This document shows, piece after piece, positions 27,132-37,596 of a stretch of DNA of 64,000 bases. Where the stretch lies: positions 13,079-77,078 of the forward strand of contig JBGSPE010000007.1 of the NCBI GenBank assembly GCA_041738755.1. Reading direction: 5' to 3'. The notes below the pieces were generated by a model, which was not told where the DNA came from, ran no database searches, and saw only the letters and a program-made list of their open reading frames with translations. The position numbers and the translations under genes are program-made. Position 1 is the stretch's first letter. The number at the start of each line of letters is the position of its first letter. The DNA is from Minisyncoccia bacterium. GTDB taxonomy: Bacteria; Patescibacteriota; Minisyncoccia; Phycocordibacterales; UBA918.

Positions 27132-28304
27132 TTAGGCAAGGCTTTTGTTCCCGTCAGCCCTGATGACATCAGCGCCACGAGGAGCGAGGGCACTCGCTGC
27201 TCTCGCATGGCCAGCAAGGGCAATCATGATACTGTTGTCGGTCGAGAGCTTTGGTTGGGGGAAGTAGACGGTTACATCAGGTGCTTCAGTGAGGAAGGTT
27301 GATTCAAACATTCGCTTCAGGTGTTGATTGGCACTGACACCCCCGCCAACGATGAGTGTCTGCGCATTGTGGGTAGTTACAGCAGCGAGAGATTTTTTAA
27401 GGAGTACTTTTGTGACTGCATCTTCAAAGTCGCGAGCAATAGCTTTAATGTCGGTTTCAGACAGTTCTAATCCTTGTGTTGCGTATCGTACTGCCGTCTT
27501 TAGACCAGAAAAAGAAAAGTCCAAGTCACCAGAATTCAACATAGGAGTCGGAAAGTCAGCAAACTTTGGAAGCTTTTCTTTGCGAGCGGTTTCAGCAAGC
27601 TTGGCTATTTCTGGTCCGCCAGGATAGGGGAGGCCAAGCATGCGGGCGACTTTGTCATACGCCTCACCAACGGCATCGTCTCTTGTTTGTCCAACCTTTT
27701 CATACTGAGCCCAATCCTTCATCAGGATAAGTTCGGTGTGTCCACCAGAGATGAGTAATGAAATAGCTGGAAACGGAATATCAGCTAGCTGATCATCCCG
27801 CTCTGCGTCAAAGATACTGGCGAGGACATGTCCTTCCATATGATTAACCGGCACAATTGGCACGTCCCACAAGAGGGCGAGTGCTCGGGCAAAATTCACT
27901 CCTACCCACAATGCTGGTTCGAGTCCTGGACCATTGGTGACCGCAATCAAATCAAAGGCATAGGCACCACGTTCTTCATGGAATTTTAATAACGCTTCAG
28001 CCAGTGATGGTTCTCTAATAAGTAGTGTCCGTATTTCGTCTTTAGCGTGAGGACTAAGTTCTGGGCTATCGGTGGCCTCAATACCAGATTCGGCGAGGGC
28101 TTTCTCAAGCATAGGAATGACGGTGATGACGTGCTCGCGCTTGGCTAACATCGGGAACACACCACCATATTCTCGGTGGATATCAATTTGTGACCAGAGC
28201 GCATTACCAAGAATTTGGTAGGTCGCGTGGGGGAATTCGCCTGAAACTTTGACAATACTCAGAGCCGTCTCGTCACAGGAGGTTTCAATGCTTAATAACA
28301 ACAT
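27132..28304 (-). CDS. tsaD: tRNA N6-adenosine threonylcarbamoyltransferase TsaD (Kae1/Gcp family)
   Basis: MLLLSIETSCDETALSIV N-terminus, metal-binding H-x-E-G-H region (VNHMEGHVLA), C-terminal ~50 aa extension. Confidence 0.85.
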   Translation of the reverse strand: MLLLSIETSCDETALSIVKVSGEFPHATYQILGNALWSQIDIHREYGGVFPMLAKREHVITVIPMLEKALAESGIEATDSPELSPHAKDEIRTLLIREPSLAEALLKFHEERGAYAFDLIAVTNGPGLEPALWVGVNFARALALLWDVPIVPVNHMEGHVLASIFDAERDDQLADIPFPAISLLISGGHTELILMKDWAQYEKVGQTRDDAVGEAYDKVARMLGLPYPGGPEIAKLAETARKEKLPKFADFPTPMLNSGDLDFSFSGLKTAVRYATQGLELSETDIKAIARDFEDAVTKVLLKKSLAAVTTHNAQTLIVGGGVSANQHLKRMFESTFLTEAPDVTVYFPQPKLSTDNSIMIALAGHARAASALAPRGADVIRADGNKSLA

Positions 28305-28341
28305 GTGAGCACTATAGCGGAGATATTGTCCTTACGCAAAA

Positions 28342-29232
28342 GTGTGGTACCGTAATTCGATGAAAAAAATTGTCACTCATGATGGACGCTTTCATGCAGA
28401 TGAAATCTTTGGGGTCGCAGTACTCCAATTAGCACTGGCGTCGGAGGAGTTAGAAATAGTACGAACCAGAGAACAGTCTGAAATTGAACGAGCGGATATC
28501 GTCCTTGATGTTGGGGGAGTGTATGAACCAGTTCGGCAACGGTTTGATCATCATCAAAATGGAGCACCGGTTCGGGAGAATGGTATCCCATATGCGGCAT
28601 TTGGCCTCGTATGGAAAGCGTATGGTGAGCAGGTCGCAGGCTCAAAAGAAATTGCCGAGAAAATTGATACACGCCTCGCCCAAGTAATCGATGCTGGTGA
28701 TAATGGGATGGCTTTGTATACGGTAAATGAGTACAGTATTCCGCCACTGGAATTATTTTCTTTTTTAGAGTCATTTATGCCACCGCTTGGCTCAGACGCT
28801 AGTCAAGATGAGGCTTTTTTCAAAGCGGTAGAGGTTGCTCGGAATTATCTCGTGCGAGTCATTGAAAATTACAAAACCAAGGAAATTTTGAAAGCTGAGG
28901 CGACTCGAGTATATGATGAAGCTGAAGATAAACAGGTTTTGGTATTTGATAGTCCGATGAAGCGAGGAATCTTTAGTGATTTTGAAGGAGTACTGGCCAT
29001 AGTGACACCAGTAGGTAATGAAGGAGACAAATGGTCGGCTCAAGTAGTACCTTCGGATGATGAATCATTTGCTGCTAGGTCACTTTTTCCGGCTGAATGG
29101 GCGGGACTAAAAGATGAAGAGTTGGAGACTGTCTCTGGTATTAGTGGAGCCCTATTTTGCCACAAAGGACGATTTATGTTCATGTGTAAGACAAAGGAGG
29201 GAGCAATCGCAGCAGCGAAGCAGGCAAAATAG
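28342..29232 (+). CDS. MYG1/UPF0160 family metal-dependent hydrolase
   Basis: THDGRFHADE hallmark motif near the N-terminus; ~290 aa. Confidence 0.75.
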   Translation: MWYRNSMKKIVTHDGRFHADEIFGVAVLQLALASEELEIVRTREQSEIERADIVLDVGGVYEPVRQRFDHHQNGAPVRENGIPYAAFGLVWKAYGEQVAGSKEIAEKIDTRLAQVIDAGDNGMALYTVNEYSIPPLELFSFLESFMPPLGSDASQDEAFFKAVEVARNYLVRVIENYKTKEILKAEATRVYDEAEDKQVLVFDSPMKRGIFSDFEGVLAIVTPVGNEGDKWSAQVVPSDDESFAARSLFPAEWAGLKDEELETVSGISGALFCHKGRFMFMCKTKEGAIAAAKQAK

Positions 29233-29247
29233 CAGAAGAAAACAAAG

Positions 29248-29288
29248 GGCCCTGGATTCTAAAAGAATCCAGGGCCCTTTGTTCGATT
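29248..29288. terminator. bidirectional terminator
   Basis: aaagggccctggattc taaaa gaatccagggcccttt. Confidence 0.75.
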
Positions 29289-29309
29289 TCACAATGAATC
29301 AAATGTGTG

Positions 29310-29382
29310 TGACCGATACAGGACTTGAACCTGTGACCTCTACAATGTCAATGTAGCGCTCTACCAGCTGAGCTAATCGGTC
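29310..29382 (-). tRNA. tRNA-Val (anticodon GAC)
   Basis: Reverse complement: acceptor GACCGAT/ATCGGTC, D-arm GCTC AGCTGGTA GAGC, anticodon stem CTACA/TGTAG with loop TTGACAT, T-arm ACAGG TTCAAGT CCTGT, discriminator A; flanks gtgtgt/cacaca extend the acceptor helix in the precursor. Confidence 0.85.
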
Positions 29383-29547
29383 ACACACATTTCATTCTAA
29401 AGAACTCTTCAATGAGATGGTAAAAATGTCTGGGAGACATTTTTACCGCTACCACTCTACTAATCGCACAAATAAATCTAACGACGAGAATGTTACCATA
29501 TTATTTAATAATTGGAATCAAGTGTTGCTTAGGGTACTATTTAGGAT

Positions 29548-30294
29548 ATGGAAAATATACCCAAAGTACAACATTCGACTGACTTTGAATCTACCGAAAC
29601 TCCAACTGAGCACGTAGAAGATGTGGTGGTCGCGCTCGATAGAGCTCTGCAGCATTGTCGTGCCCATCCTGATGATATGTCTTGTGATTGTTCGGTATTA
29701 CATGCAAGGATTTGTCATACAGAAATACAGAATCTTTTTGAACACTACGAGCGACATGAAATTCTAACTTACGATGATATTCAAAGCAGTCTAGAAATTG
29801 TATTGCAAAAATTAACCACAGAGCTTGAGGCCGATCCCGAAGATGAAGAGATGCGAAAAGGTTTTCAGATTCTTAAAGAACGAGCGCGCGAGATAAGGTT
29901 TGCTACCAGAAGATATGTCCAAACCATCGCTAAGTTTCATCATATTAAAGAGCAGCAGTTTCGAATGGATCCGAATGAGTTCGTGGCTGAGTTTCAGAAT
30001 ATTGATCAGATTCGTCGCAATGCTCACAATGGGTTAATTGATACTCTAACTATCTATACAAAGACAATCAACGAATTACAGCGGTACGGAGCATTAGATG
30101 GGTTAGAAATTGTTGAGTGGCATATTACTGACCGTTTTGCAGATGATTCAGAAACTGACGGAAAAATCCATGTATTTTCAGGAGACGTACTTCGGAACAG
30201 GGATCTCGTGAAGGATTGGGCAATTAGTGCTCATATGCATGAAAAACTGCAACAAATTGAAGCATTGCAAAAGGAGCACTCAAACAGTGTTTGA
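29548..30294 (+). CDS. hypothetical protein (AT-rich, adjacent to tRNA-Val)
   Basis: 248-aa ORF, no motif recognised; acidic, helical; convergent with a 69-aa ORF. Confidence 0.5.
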   Translation: MENIPKVQHSTDFESTETPTEHVEDVVVALDRALQHCRAHPDDMSCDCSVLHARICHTEIQNLFEHYERHEILTYDDIQSSLEIVLQKLTTELEADPEDEEMRKGFQILKERAREIRFATRRYVQTIAKFHHIKEQQFRMDPNEFVAEFQNIDQIRRNAHNGLIDTLTIYTKTINELQRYGALDGLEIVEWHITDRFADDSETDGKIHVFSGDVLRNRDLVKDWAISAHMHEKLQQIEALQKEHSNSV

Positions 30295-30300
30295 GTGCTC

Positions 30301-30510
30301 CTACTCCGAGCGGAGTTTTTTGGCATATGAAATGATAAGATGACGCATAATATCAGCGTCAGTCAGATTGGGTATTTCACGCTTAACCTTTTCAGATAAA
30401 GCGAGAAAACGTTCCGATTGTAAGACTTCTTTGATTGACCTTTCGCAGGTATCCTGGAAAATTATGCTTGCCTCCTCACGAATGGCTGAGGCCAGCGCGG
30501 TACTTACCAT
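30301..30510 (-). CDS. hypothetical small protein (69 aa)
   Basis: Convergent ORF MVSTALASAIREE…; no recognisable domain. Confidence 0.3.
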   Translation of the reverse strand: MVSTALASAIREEASIIFQDTCERSIKEVLQSERFLALSEKVKREIPNLTDADIMRHLIISYAKKLRSE

Positions 30511-30602
30511 TGCTAATATCCTTAAAGATCAGAATGCTTGGCGACTAATAAAATAGCACATAGTCATAAAAAGTCAATATTAATAGATAACGGAGTACTA
30601 AA

Positions 30603-32375
30603 ATGATAAGAACATCTCATAAAACTATTCCCAATACCCCGTTACGTTTTTTATGGTATTTGGGCTCTAAGTATAAACTTTTAGGCACCTCAGTATTCTT
30701 GCTGGTTTTATTTGCAGAAACACTCAATGTCTTAATTTTTTATGTTTCATCGCAGCTCATTGATGTTTTTACTGCTGCACCAACCCTGATTGAACAAAAA
30801 GAGACTCTTCTATTTTGGGGAGGATTATTTTTATTGGTTTCATTTAGTAATAGTATCTGTTACCGGTTAAGTGGCTTTGCGCTCATAATGTGGGTTATTA
30901 AGTTCCAGCGTGATGGATACGCTGAGCTATATGAATACCTTACGCGCCATAGTCATACGTATTTTAGTAATCGGTTTGCGGGTGCTCTTTCTAACAAAGT
31001 TTCAAATGCTGTTGACGGTAGTGGGGGGATGGCGTTTCAGATTGTCTGGACCTTCTTTTCTGAGTTTGTTGGGTTGCTCGTGACATTGATTTTGTTCTTT
31101 ACAATTGATTATCGAATTGGACTGGTGCTACTTTGCATGTTCTTTATTGTATTAGGGTTTAATATTTGGGCTGTACATTGTCGTCGGCCGTTTGTTATCG
31201 CGTACGCAACTGCTTCTTCAAAAGCTCGAGGTGAAGGAGTCGATACGATTACCAACATGAGTATTGTCAGGCAATTTTCGCAGCGAAATTTTGAATTACG
31301 TCGGCTCAACAGAGTCTTTGATGACCGAGCTGAAAAAGATATAAAGCAATCAATTTTTGGTGAGTGGATTATGCTGATTAATGCCTTTTTTGCTGTTTTT
31401 ATGACAACGACAGTTTTGGTCATGTTGTATGTCTTGCTTGATACGGGAGCGATTACAGCCGGGGTATTAGTATTAGTACTCGGTTTACTCGGTCGGGTAG
31501 GGTATATGTTTACTATTATTGGACAAGCCCTCAATCGATTTATTCGCGAGTACGGAAATGTTGAAGAGGGCCTTGAAGAAATTTTGCAGGAGATGGAGTT
31601 AACAGATCAGCCTGGAGCCATAGAACTTTTAGTCCCCCGTGGTGAGATTGTATGGAAGGATGTTGTCTTTGAATATGGAGTAAATAATATTTTTAAACAT
31701 TTTAATCTGATAATTTCACCTGGTCAGAGACTCGGTTTAGTAGGGCCATCAGGCGCCGGAAAGAGTACATTTGTCTCACTGCTCTTGCGGCAAAATGATA
31801 TAAGCGGTGGAAGTATTTTGATTGATAATCAAGCTATTGATACGGTAACACAGGATTCTTTGCGGAGGAATATCGCTATCGTTCCACAAGAGCCAGCCCT
31901 TTTCCATCGTAGTATTAGAGAAAATATTGCATATGGTAGACCAGATGCAACTGAAGCAGATATTGTTGAAGCCGCAAAACGCGCTCAGGCTCACGAGTTC
32001 ATCACTGCACTTGAGTTCGGATATGACACCATGGTGGGTGAACGAGGCATCAAGCTATCAGGTGGCCAAAAGCGGCGAGTAGCCATCGCTCGGGCCATAC
32101 TCAAGAATGCTCCGATCTTGGTGCTTGATGAAGCTACTTCCGCGCTTGATAGTGAAAGTGAAGTAGCGATTCAGGCAGCGCTTTCAGAGCTGATGACTGG
32201 TAAGACTGTAATTGCGATAGCGCACCGTCTCTCAACGTTGCGCGAGATGGATAGAATCTTGGTACTTGAACAAGGTCAGGTCGTAGAAGATGGTACGCAC
32301 GATGCTCTCAAATCAGCTGGAGGAGTATATCAACGTTTGTGGGAGCACCAGGCTGGAGGCTTTCTGACTGAATAA
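30603..32375 (+). CDS. ABC exporter, fused permease-ATPase (MsbA/MdlB-like)
   Basis: 6-TM N-domain; Walker A GPSGAGKST, signature LSGGQKRRVAIARAIL, Walker B ILVLDEATSALD. Confidence 0.85.
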   Translation: MIRTSHKTIPNTPLRFLWYLGSKYKLLGTSVFLLVLFAETLNVLIFYVSSQLIDVFTAAPTLIEQKETLLFWGGLFLLVSFSNSICYRLSGFALIMWVIKFQRDGYAELYEYLTRHSHTYFSNRFAGALSNKVSNAVDGSGGMAFQIVWTFFSEFVGLLVTLILFFTIDYRIGLVLLCMFFIVLGFNIWAVHCRRPFVIAYATASSKARGEGVDTITNMSIVRQFSQRNFELRRLNRVFDDRAEKDIKQSIFGEWIMLINAFFAVFMTTTVLVMLYVLLDTGAITAGVLVLVLGLLGRVGYMFTIIGQALNRFIREYGNVEEGLEEILQEMELTDQPGAIELLVPRGEIVWKDVVFEYGVNNIFKHFNLIISPGQRLGLVGPSGAGKSTFVSLLLRQNDISGGSILIDNQAIDTVTQDSLRRNIAIVPQEPALFHRSIRENIAYGRPDATEADIVEAAKRAQAHEFITALEFGYDTMVGERGIKLSGGQKRRVAIARAILKNAPILVLDEATSALDSESEVAIQAALSELMTGKTVIAIAHRLSTLREMDRILVLEQGQVVEDGTHDALKSAGGVYQRLWEHQAGGFLTE

Positions 32376-32378
32376 AAC

Positions 32379-32408
32379 AAAGGCCCCGTCTCTGACGGGG
32401 CCTTTCTT
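32379..32408 (+). terminator. rho-independent terminator
   Basis: aaaggccccgtc tctga cggggccttt. Confidence 0.7.
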
Positions 32409-32465
32409 TATAACTTTTTGGCAGTAGTTCAGGTATTATTAGTATATACAATAAGTAATTTATTT

Positions 32466-34280
32466 ATGTGCGGAATTTTTGGCTACGTCGGGACGAGAAC
32501 AGCAATGCCGCTTTTGGTTGAGGGTTTACGCACCCTTGAGTATCGAGGTTATGACTCTTCAGGTATCTTCATTCCGGGGCAGCAGGCTGTAAAGACAGTT
32601 GGTCCAATCGATTCTCTGGCAGCTAAGTTGTCTGAGACTATTCCGGGCACATCTGGAATCGCGCATACCAGGTGGGCGACACACGGTGCACCGACAGAAA
32701 AGAACGCTCACCCACATTTTGATATGAGTGGTTCAATTGCGATTGTTCACAATGGCATCATCGAAAATTACCGAGAACTTAAAGAAGGACTTGTCGTGCG
32801 AGGAATCAGCTTTGAGTCTGATACAGATAGTGAAGTGTTCGCCAAGCTCATAGGTACGGTATACACCGGAGACTTACTACAAGCCGTCAGACGGGCGCTA
32901 CAGATGGTTCGAGGTACCTATGGTGTAGCGGTGGCTTCTCACCATAATCCAGAACAAATTGTGGTTGCTCGCATGGGGAGTCCGATTGCTATCGGGGTTG
33001 GAAGAGATGGAAACTTCGTCTCGTCAGACCCGTCGGCACTCCTCACTCACACCAAGGATATTATCTTCCTTGAAGATGGTGAATGTGCCGTTATTGAAAA
33101 AGACAACTATAAGCTCTATTCGATAAAGGGAGAGCTTTTTACTCGCAAGCCGGAAACGATTGAATGGGCTATCGAGGACGTGCAGAAAAATGGCTATGAA
33201 CACTTCATGCTGAAAGAAATTTTTGAAGCACCGCAGGTAATTGAAAATGCGATTCGCGGTCGCTTGGTGGTGGATAAGGGAAGAGTAAAGCTTGGCGGTC
33301 TTGAAAGTGTCCTTGAAACCCTTACCTCGATAAATCGTCTGGTTATCGTTGGCTGTGGGTCTGCTTATTATGCTGCGCAAGTGGGACGCTATTTCCTCGA
33401 GGAATACGCCAATCTGCCGGTTGAGGTGGAGCTTGGGAGCGAATATCGCTACAAGAAAAATCTACCCGATAGTAATAGCGCGGTCTTGGTAGTAAGTCAG
33501 TCAGGTGAGACAGCTGATACGCTTGCTTCACTTCGTTTTGCCAAACAGCAAGGTCTCCTCACTATCGGTATCATCAACGCCGTTGGTTCAACCATTGCGC
33601 GCGAGACCGATGCTGGGGTCTATAACCATGCTGGTCCAGAAATTGCAGTAGCCTCAACCAAGGCCTTCATCTCACAACTTACCGTCTTTGCACTCCTAAC
33701 CGTACTGATAGGTCGTGAGAAGGGGATGACCCAAGCTGAAGGTGAAGTGATTACGAGGGAACTCGAAGCATTGCCGAAGATTGTTACCGAGTACTTGAAG
33801 CAAACCGATGATATAAAACGGATTGCTAAAAAGTATGCTCAGTACCGTGACGCAATGTTTATTGGACGAAAGTTCCATGCACCGATTGCGTACGAAGGTT
33901 CATTAAAATTAAAAGAGGTGACGTACCTGCACGCTGAAGCCTACGCCGGAGGAGAATTGAAACACGGCTCGATTGCCTTGCTTGATAAAGATTTTCCAGT
34001 CATAGCTATTGCACCAAAAGATGATGTGTACGATAAGATGGTTTCAAATATAGAAGAGGTAAAAGCTAGAAATGCACCGATTATCATGGTGGCGACTCAC
34101 GGTGACTATACGGCACCAAATTTGGCAGATGACGTTATATACATCCCCAAAGTCTCGCCACTCTTGCAGCCAATCATTACGACCATTCCGCTACAGTTGT
34201 TGGCCTACTACATAGGGGTAGAACGAGGTCTCAATGTAGATCGTCCTCGTAATTTAGCCAAAAGTGTGACGGTAGAATAA
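32466..34280 (+). CDS. glmS: glutamine--fructose-6-phosphate aminotransferase
   Basis: MCGIFGYVG N-terminal nucleophile (Cys2), two SIS domains, C-terminal …NVDRPRNLAKSVTVE; ATG at 32466 preferred over the upstream TTG of the listed ORF. Confidence 0.9.
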   Translation: MCGIFGYVGTRTAMPLLVEGLRTLEYRGYDSSGIFIPGQQAVKTVGPIDSLAAKLSETIPGTSGIAHTRWATHGAPTEKNAHPHFDMSGSIAIVHNGIIENYRELKEGLVVRGISFESDTDSEVFAKLIGTVYTGDLLQAVRRALQMVRGTYGVAVASHHNPEQIVVARMGSPIAIGVGRDGNFVSSDPSALLTHTKDIIFLEDGECAVIEKDNYKLYSIKGELFTRKPETIEWAIEDVQKNGYEHFMLKEIFEAPQVIENAIRGRLVVDKGRVKLGGLESVLETLTSINRLVIVGCGSAYYAAQVGRYFLEEYANLPVEVELGSEYRYKKNLPDSNSAVLVVSQSGETADTLASLRFAKQQGLLTIGIINAVGSTIARETDAGVYNHAGPEIAVASTKAFISQLTVFALLTVLIGREKGMTQAEGEVITRELEALPKIVTEYLKQTDDIKRIAKKYAQYRDAMFIGRKFHAPIAYEGSLKLKEVTYLHAEAYAGGELKHGSIALLDKDFPVIAIAPKDDVYDKMVSNIEEVKARNAPIIMVATHGDYTAPNLADDVIYIPKVSPLLQPIITTIPLQLLAYYIGVERGLNVDRPRNLAKSVTVE

Positions 34281-34352
34281 GGCTTTAAACATAGCTTTCC
34301 CAAGATGGCCAATACTTGATTTTAATATAAATATATGTTATAATATATTTAT

Positions 34353-35714
34353 ATGCCGTTAGCTATTGCTGTTATTGGATTTTTGGTCCTCCTTGGGTTA
34401 AGTGGGGGTATTGAAGGTGGGTTGGCTCCGCAATCAAATGCGAGTACTACAGTAGAGCGTGAAGTCTCTCGCTCTACACCTGCTCGATCAAACAATGAAC
34501 GAACTTCACTTTCAGATCGATTTGATAATCAGTTCAGACGCTCTGGCGAGGTGCAAGGAGTTTCTCTTGATACGCGTCTACCTAGTGTAGAAACTCTTGC
34601 AGCTCGCAACCTTGAGTCCACGAGTGCAACTGTCCGTGGTTCAGCTATGCTCCGAACCTATAAAGATGGAGTTGTGTTTGTCGTGTACGGCTACAATGAA
34701 GGAAGAGTGGAACTATTAGCTAAAAATTACCGTAGTACTAATGTTGCACCAACTACTGATGATCGAGCTCAGGTACTTATCCTCGACCGACGTGCTAATG
34801 GCTCTGAAGCGTATGAACGCCGTGTGAGTAATTTAGCAAAAGATACACAGTACTATTTCAAAATTTGTACCGAATACCAAACACTGGCTGGTACAAAGGC
34901 GGTGACGTGTGGCTCTACCAAGACGTTTGTCACCAATCCAACCTTTTCCGTATCGAATGATAGTTTTCGAACACCGCGTATCAGTCTTCGTGCTCCGCTA
35001 AACATCACTGATAGCGAAGCATCGTTTTCAGGTCAGGTTACGATGAATGATGGTGTCGATGGTATTCCATTTTTAGTCTATGGTGAATCCGAATCTTTGG
35101 TACGAGCCGTATCTGAAAACAATCGTACCTTCAGTAGTGTGCGAGAAGATGATGAAGAGTTGCAAAAAGTTCGAATCGCGACTGGCTTGCGGGGACAATA
35201 TGAATTCACCCTGCCGCTGGATGGTCTTGATAATGGTCAGCAGTACTTCTATCGAGCCTGTGTTGAGTATGATGGAGAACGAGATGGACTGGTCTGTGAT
35301 AGTGTACGGAATTTTGTCACCGATGGACGAGACCGAAGCAATAAGCCAACCGCAACGACTGGTACTGTGACCGTCTCAGGTACTCGTGCAACTATTACTG
35401 GGTCAGCGGATATGGAAGACTTCTTCGATGGTGTAGCCTTCTTTGTGTACGGCACTGACAGAGCTGGTATTGAAGGCGTGGTTGAGCGGGGCTCGTTTGC
35501 ACGGATTAGTCAGTCTATTGATCGTCTCCAGCGAGTCAGTGTTGATGATGACCTTGATGGCCGAGATAGTTTTACTCGTACTATCTCAGACTTACTCCCA
35601 GGCACTACATATCACTACCGAATGTGTGTGCAGTATGAAGACCAAGATGATCGAGGAAGAGATACCTTTTTCCTCCGCTGTGGCACTACGCAGACTTTTA
35701 CTTCAGGACAATAA
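34353..35714 (+). CDS. secreted/anchored protein with three ~130-aa internal beta-rich repeats, each with a conserved Cys pair
   Basis: N-terminal hydrophobic signal/anchor; repeats share G(V/I)xFxVYG…YYF(K/R)xCxEY…C(G/D)(S/T)xxxF motifs (residues ~100-200, ~230-320, ~340-450). Confidence 0.6.
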   Translation: MPLAIAVIGFLVLLGLSGGIEGGLAPQSNASTTVEREVSRSTPARSNNERTSLSDRFDNQFRRSGEVQGVSLDTRLPSVETLAARNLESTSATVRGSAMLRTYKDGVVFVVYGYNEGRVELLAKNYRSTNVAPTTDDRAQVLILDRRANGSEAYERRVSNLAKDTQYYFKICTEYQTLAGTKAVTCGSTKTFVTNPTFSVSNDSFRTPRISLRAPLNITDSEASFSGQVTMNDGVDGIPFLVYGESESLVRAVSENNRTFSSVREDDEELQKVRIATGLRGQYEFTLPLDGLDNGQQYFYRACVEYDGERDGLVCDSVRNFVTDGRDRSNKPTATTGTVTVSGTRATITGSADMEDFFDGVAFFVYGTDRAGIEGVVERGSFARISQSIDRLQRVSVDDDLDGRDSFTRTISDLLPGTTYHYRMCVQYEDQDDRGRDTFFLRCGTTQTFTSGQ

Positions 35715-35745
35715 AAATAAGCACCGAACGGTGCTTATTTTTTAT
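35714..35745. terminator. bidirectional terminator
   Basis: aaaataagcaccg aa cggtgcttatttt. Confidence 0.75.
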
Positions 35746-36922
35746 TAAAGAGTAATTCGAGTGGGTGTGGTTTTTGCAGGAGTGTATGTACTCCATATGA
35801 AGCTGTGGCAATACATCCAATTTGGAGACCTGCTCCATTAATAGTAAGTTCCTGTTCATTGTGTAGCTCTACAATAGGTAATCCTTTGGTGGTGAGAGCA
35901 TACGGAGCACTCCAGGCGCTCTGTAAAGGTAGGTCTAGCGTAGGGAAATTTGCGGTAAGGAATTGTTCAATTTTTTTTACATGTGGTAGATATGCTGGGT
36001 AGGAAAAATTCTTTTTTGAAACTGGCTTGTCACCATAGCCAACGAGTAGTCGATTGTCAGAGGTGACCTTTCCATAATGAAACGAAGGCCGAGTAGTACT
36101 ATTTTCAAACATATCTTTATCTAAAAGACCAATCATACCCAACTCCTTTTTGGTGAGTTTACGGGTGACACCGATGGTGGTGAGAAACGGGGTAATTGCG
36201 TTATGCGGTTCGCTTGTTCCCCGGCAATAAATAATATGTTTATACGTAATGATACCTCCGTCAGTCTGTACAGTGGTTGGAGACAGTTTTTTAAGGAGGG
36301 CAGTGTGTTCATAAATCTGCACTCCCTTTGCTTCTAGGTATTTCCCAAATCCACGAGCAAACGCAAGCGGGTTTACTGAAATGTTGTGTCGGCGACTTCG
36401 TCTTACTGCAGTATAGAGGGTAGAGGCGAATTCACTCTTGAGTGCTGTGTCAGTAAGTAGTTCAAGCTGTGAATCGAGAGTTTTCTGCACTGTGCGATAG
36501 TTCATATAAAATCCGCTGCTACTTCTCTCCTCCTCGTCGCTCAGATGAAGGTAGTCATGTTCAACAAAATCACAAGGGATGTTGTTTTGGACAATGATTC
36601 TTTTCACTAGTTTGGTTGCTTGAATATGGGCTTCAAAATACGCTTTTGTAGCTTTGGTACCGTAGGCAGTGATGAGTTCATACCAATTGGCATGTTCTGG
36701 TTCATGGACCAACATGCCTGCTGAGTGACCGGTAGAACCTGAGCCAACAGTGTTTTTCTCAATAATCACCACTCGCTTTTTTCGATGTGTGGTAAGGAAG
36801 TAGGCTGTTGCAAGACCAGTAATTCCACCTCCGACTATGAGATAGTCTGCTTCAATTGATTTCTTGAGAGCGGGGAAGGTTTGTTTTTCTGGATTTCCCC
36901 AAAAGAGTTCACGTTTGTTCAT
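35735..36922 (-). CDS. FAD-dependent oxidoreductase (DAO family)
   Basis: N-terminal dinucleotide-binding DYLIVGGGITGLATAYFL; ~395 aa. Confidence 0.75.
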   Translation of the reverse strand: MNKRELFWGNPEKQTFPALKKSIEADYLIVGGGITGLATAYFLTTHRKKRVVIIEKNTVGSGSTGHSAGMLVHEPEHANWYELITAYGTKATKAYFEAHIQATKLVKRIIVQNNIPCDFVEHDYLHLSDEEERSSSGFYMNYRTVQKTLDSQLELLTDTALKSEFASTLYTAVRRSRRHNISVNPLAFARGFGKYLEAKGVQIYEHTALLKKLSPTTVQTDGGIITYKHIIYCRGTSEPHNAITPFLTTIGVTRKLTKKELGMIGLLDKDMFENSTTRPSFHYGKVTSDNRLLVGYGDKPVSKKNFSYPAYLPHVKKIEQFLTANFPTLDLPLQSAWSAPYALTTKGLPIVELHNEQELTINGAGLQIGCIATASYGVHTLLQKPHPLELLFNKK

Positions 36923-36946
36923 AGTACCCAGTATAGCAGGGGTGTT

Positions 36947-37519
36947 TTAGAGAGTTTTCAGCAGTTCTCGCATAGCCTTAATCTCTTCTGATTGAGTGGT
37001 GATAATTCCTGCTGTAAAGCCACGCAACTCGTCTCTGGTAATATGTGGCTGGACACTTTCGGCCATCATAAGAGCGCCTTGGTGGTGCGGAATCATGTCT
37101 TCAAGAAATGCCTTGTCGAGTTCGGTTCCCGTGAGTGAGCTCAAGTCTCGCATCATAGGTGTATAGGTATTACTTGGTTCATAAGCGCTCCCGAACCACC
37201 GTATATGCCAATCCATCATAGTGGTAACCTCTTGTTCTTGAGCAATCAAGATATTTTCAGCGAGGAGTATAATTTCTGCCGAACTGCTACTAGCCGCCAA
37301 GATAATCTTTGCTGAATCAATCGCTTCTTGATGATGAGGAATCATCATCGTAATAAACTCCTCTTCGCTATTTACCATCATTGAGTGGTCCATAGTTCCA
37401 TCTTGCACATGGTCTTCCTTGGTCATAGAAGAAGTGTGGTCGGTGTGTTGCCTTGTGGCAAGATAAGCTCCAACCAAAATGAGTATTACAGCTCCACCAA
37501 TAAGTGTTTTTTGTTTCAT
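36947..37519 (-). CDS. DUF305 family protein (secreted/lipoprotein-like)
   Basis: Two copies of the MIPHHQ(E/G)A(I/L) DUF305 motif; N-terminal TM/signal. Confidence 0.7.
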   Translation of the reverse strand: MKQKTLIGGAVILILVGAYLATRQHTDHTSSMTKEDHVQDGTMDHSMMVNSEEEFITMMIPHHQEAIDSAKIILAASSSSAEIILLAENILIAQEQEVTTMMDWHIRWFGSAYEPSNTYTPMMRDLSSLTGTELDKAFLEDMIPHHQGALMMAESVQPHITRDELRGFTAGIITTQSEEIKAMRELLKTL

Positions 37520-37596
37520 GTTAACAGTATAGCGTTCACTGTGAGACCTGCAACAGCAACGGCCACAATGTATTCACATTGTGGCCGGCTGATTTG

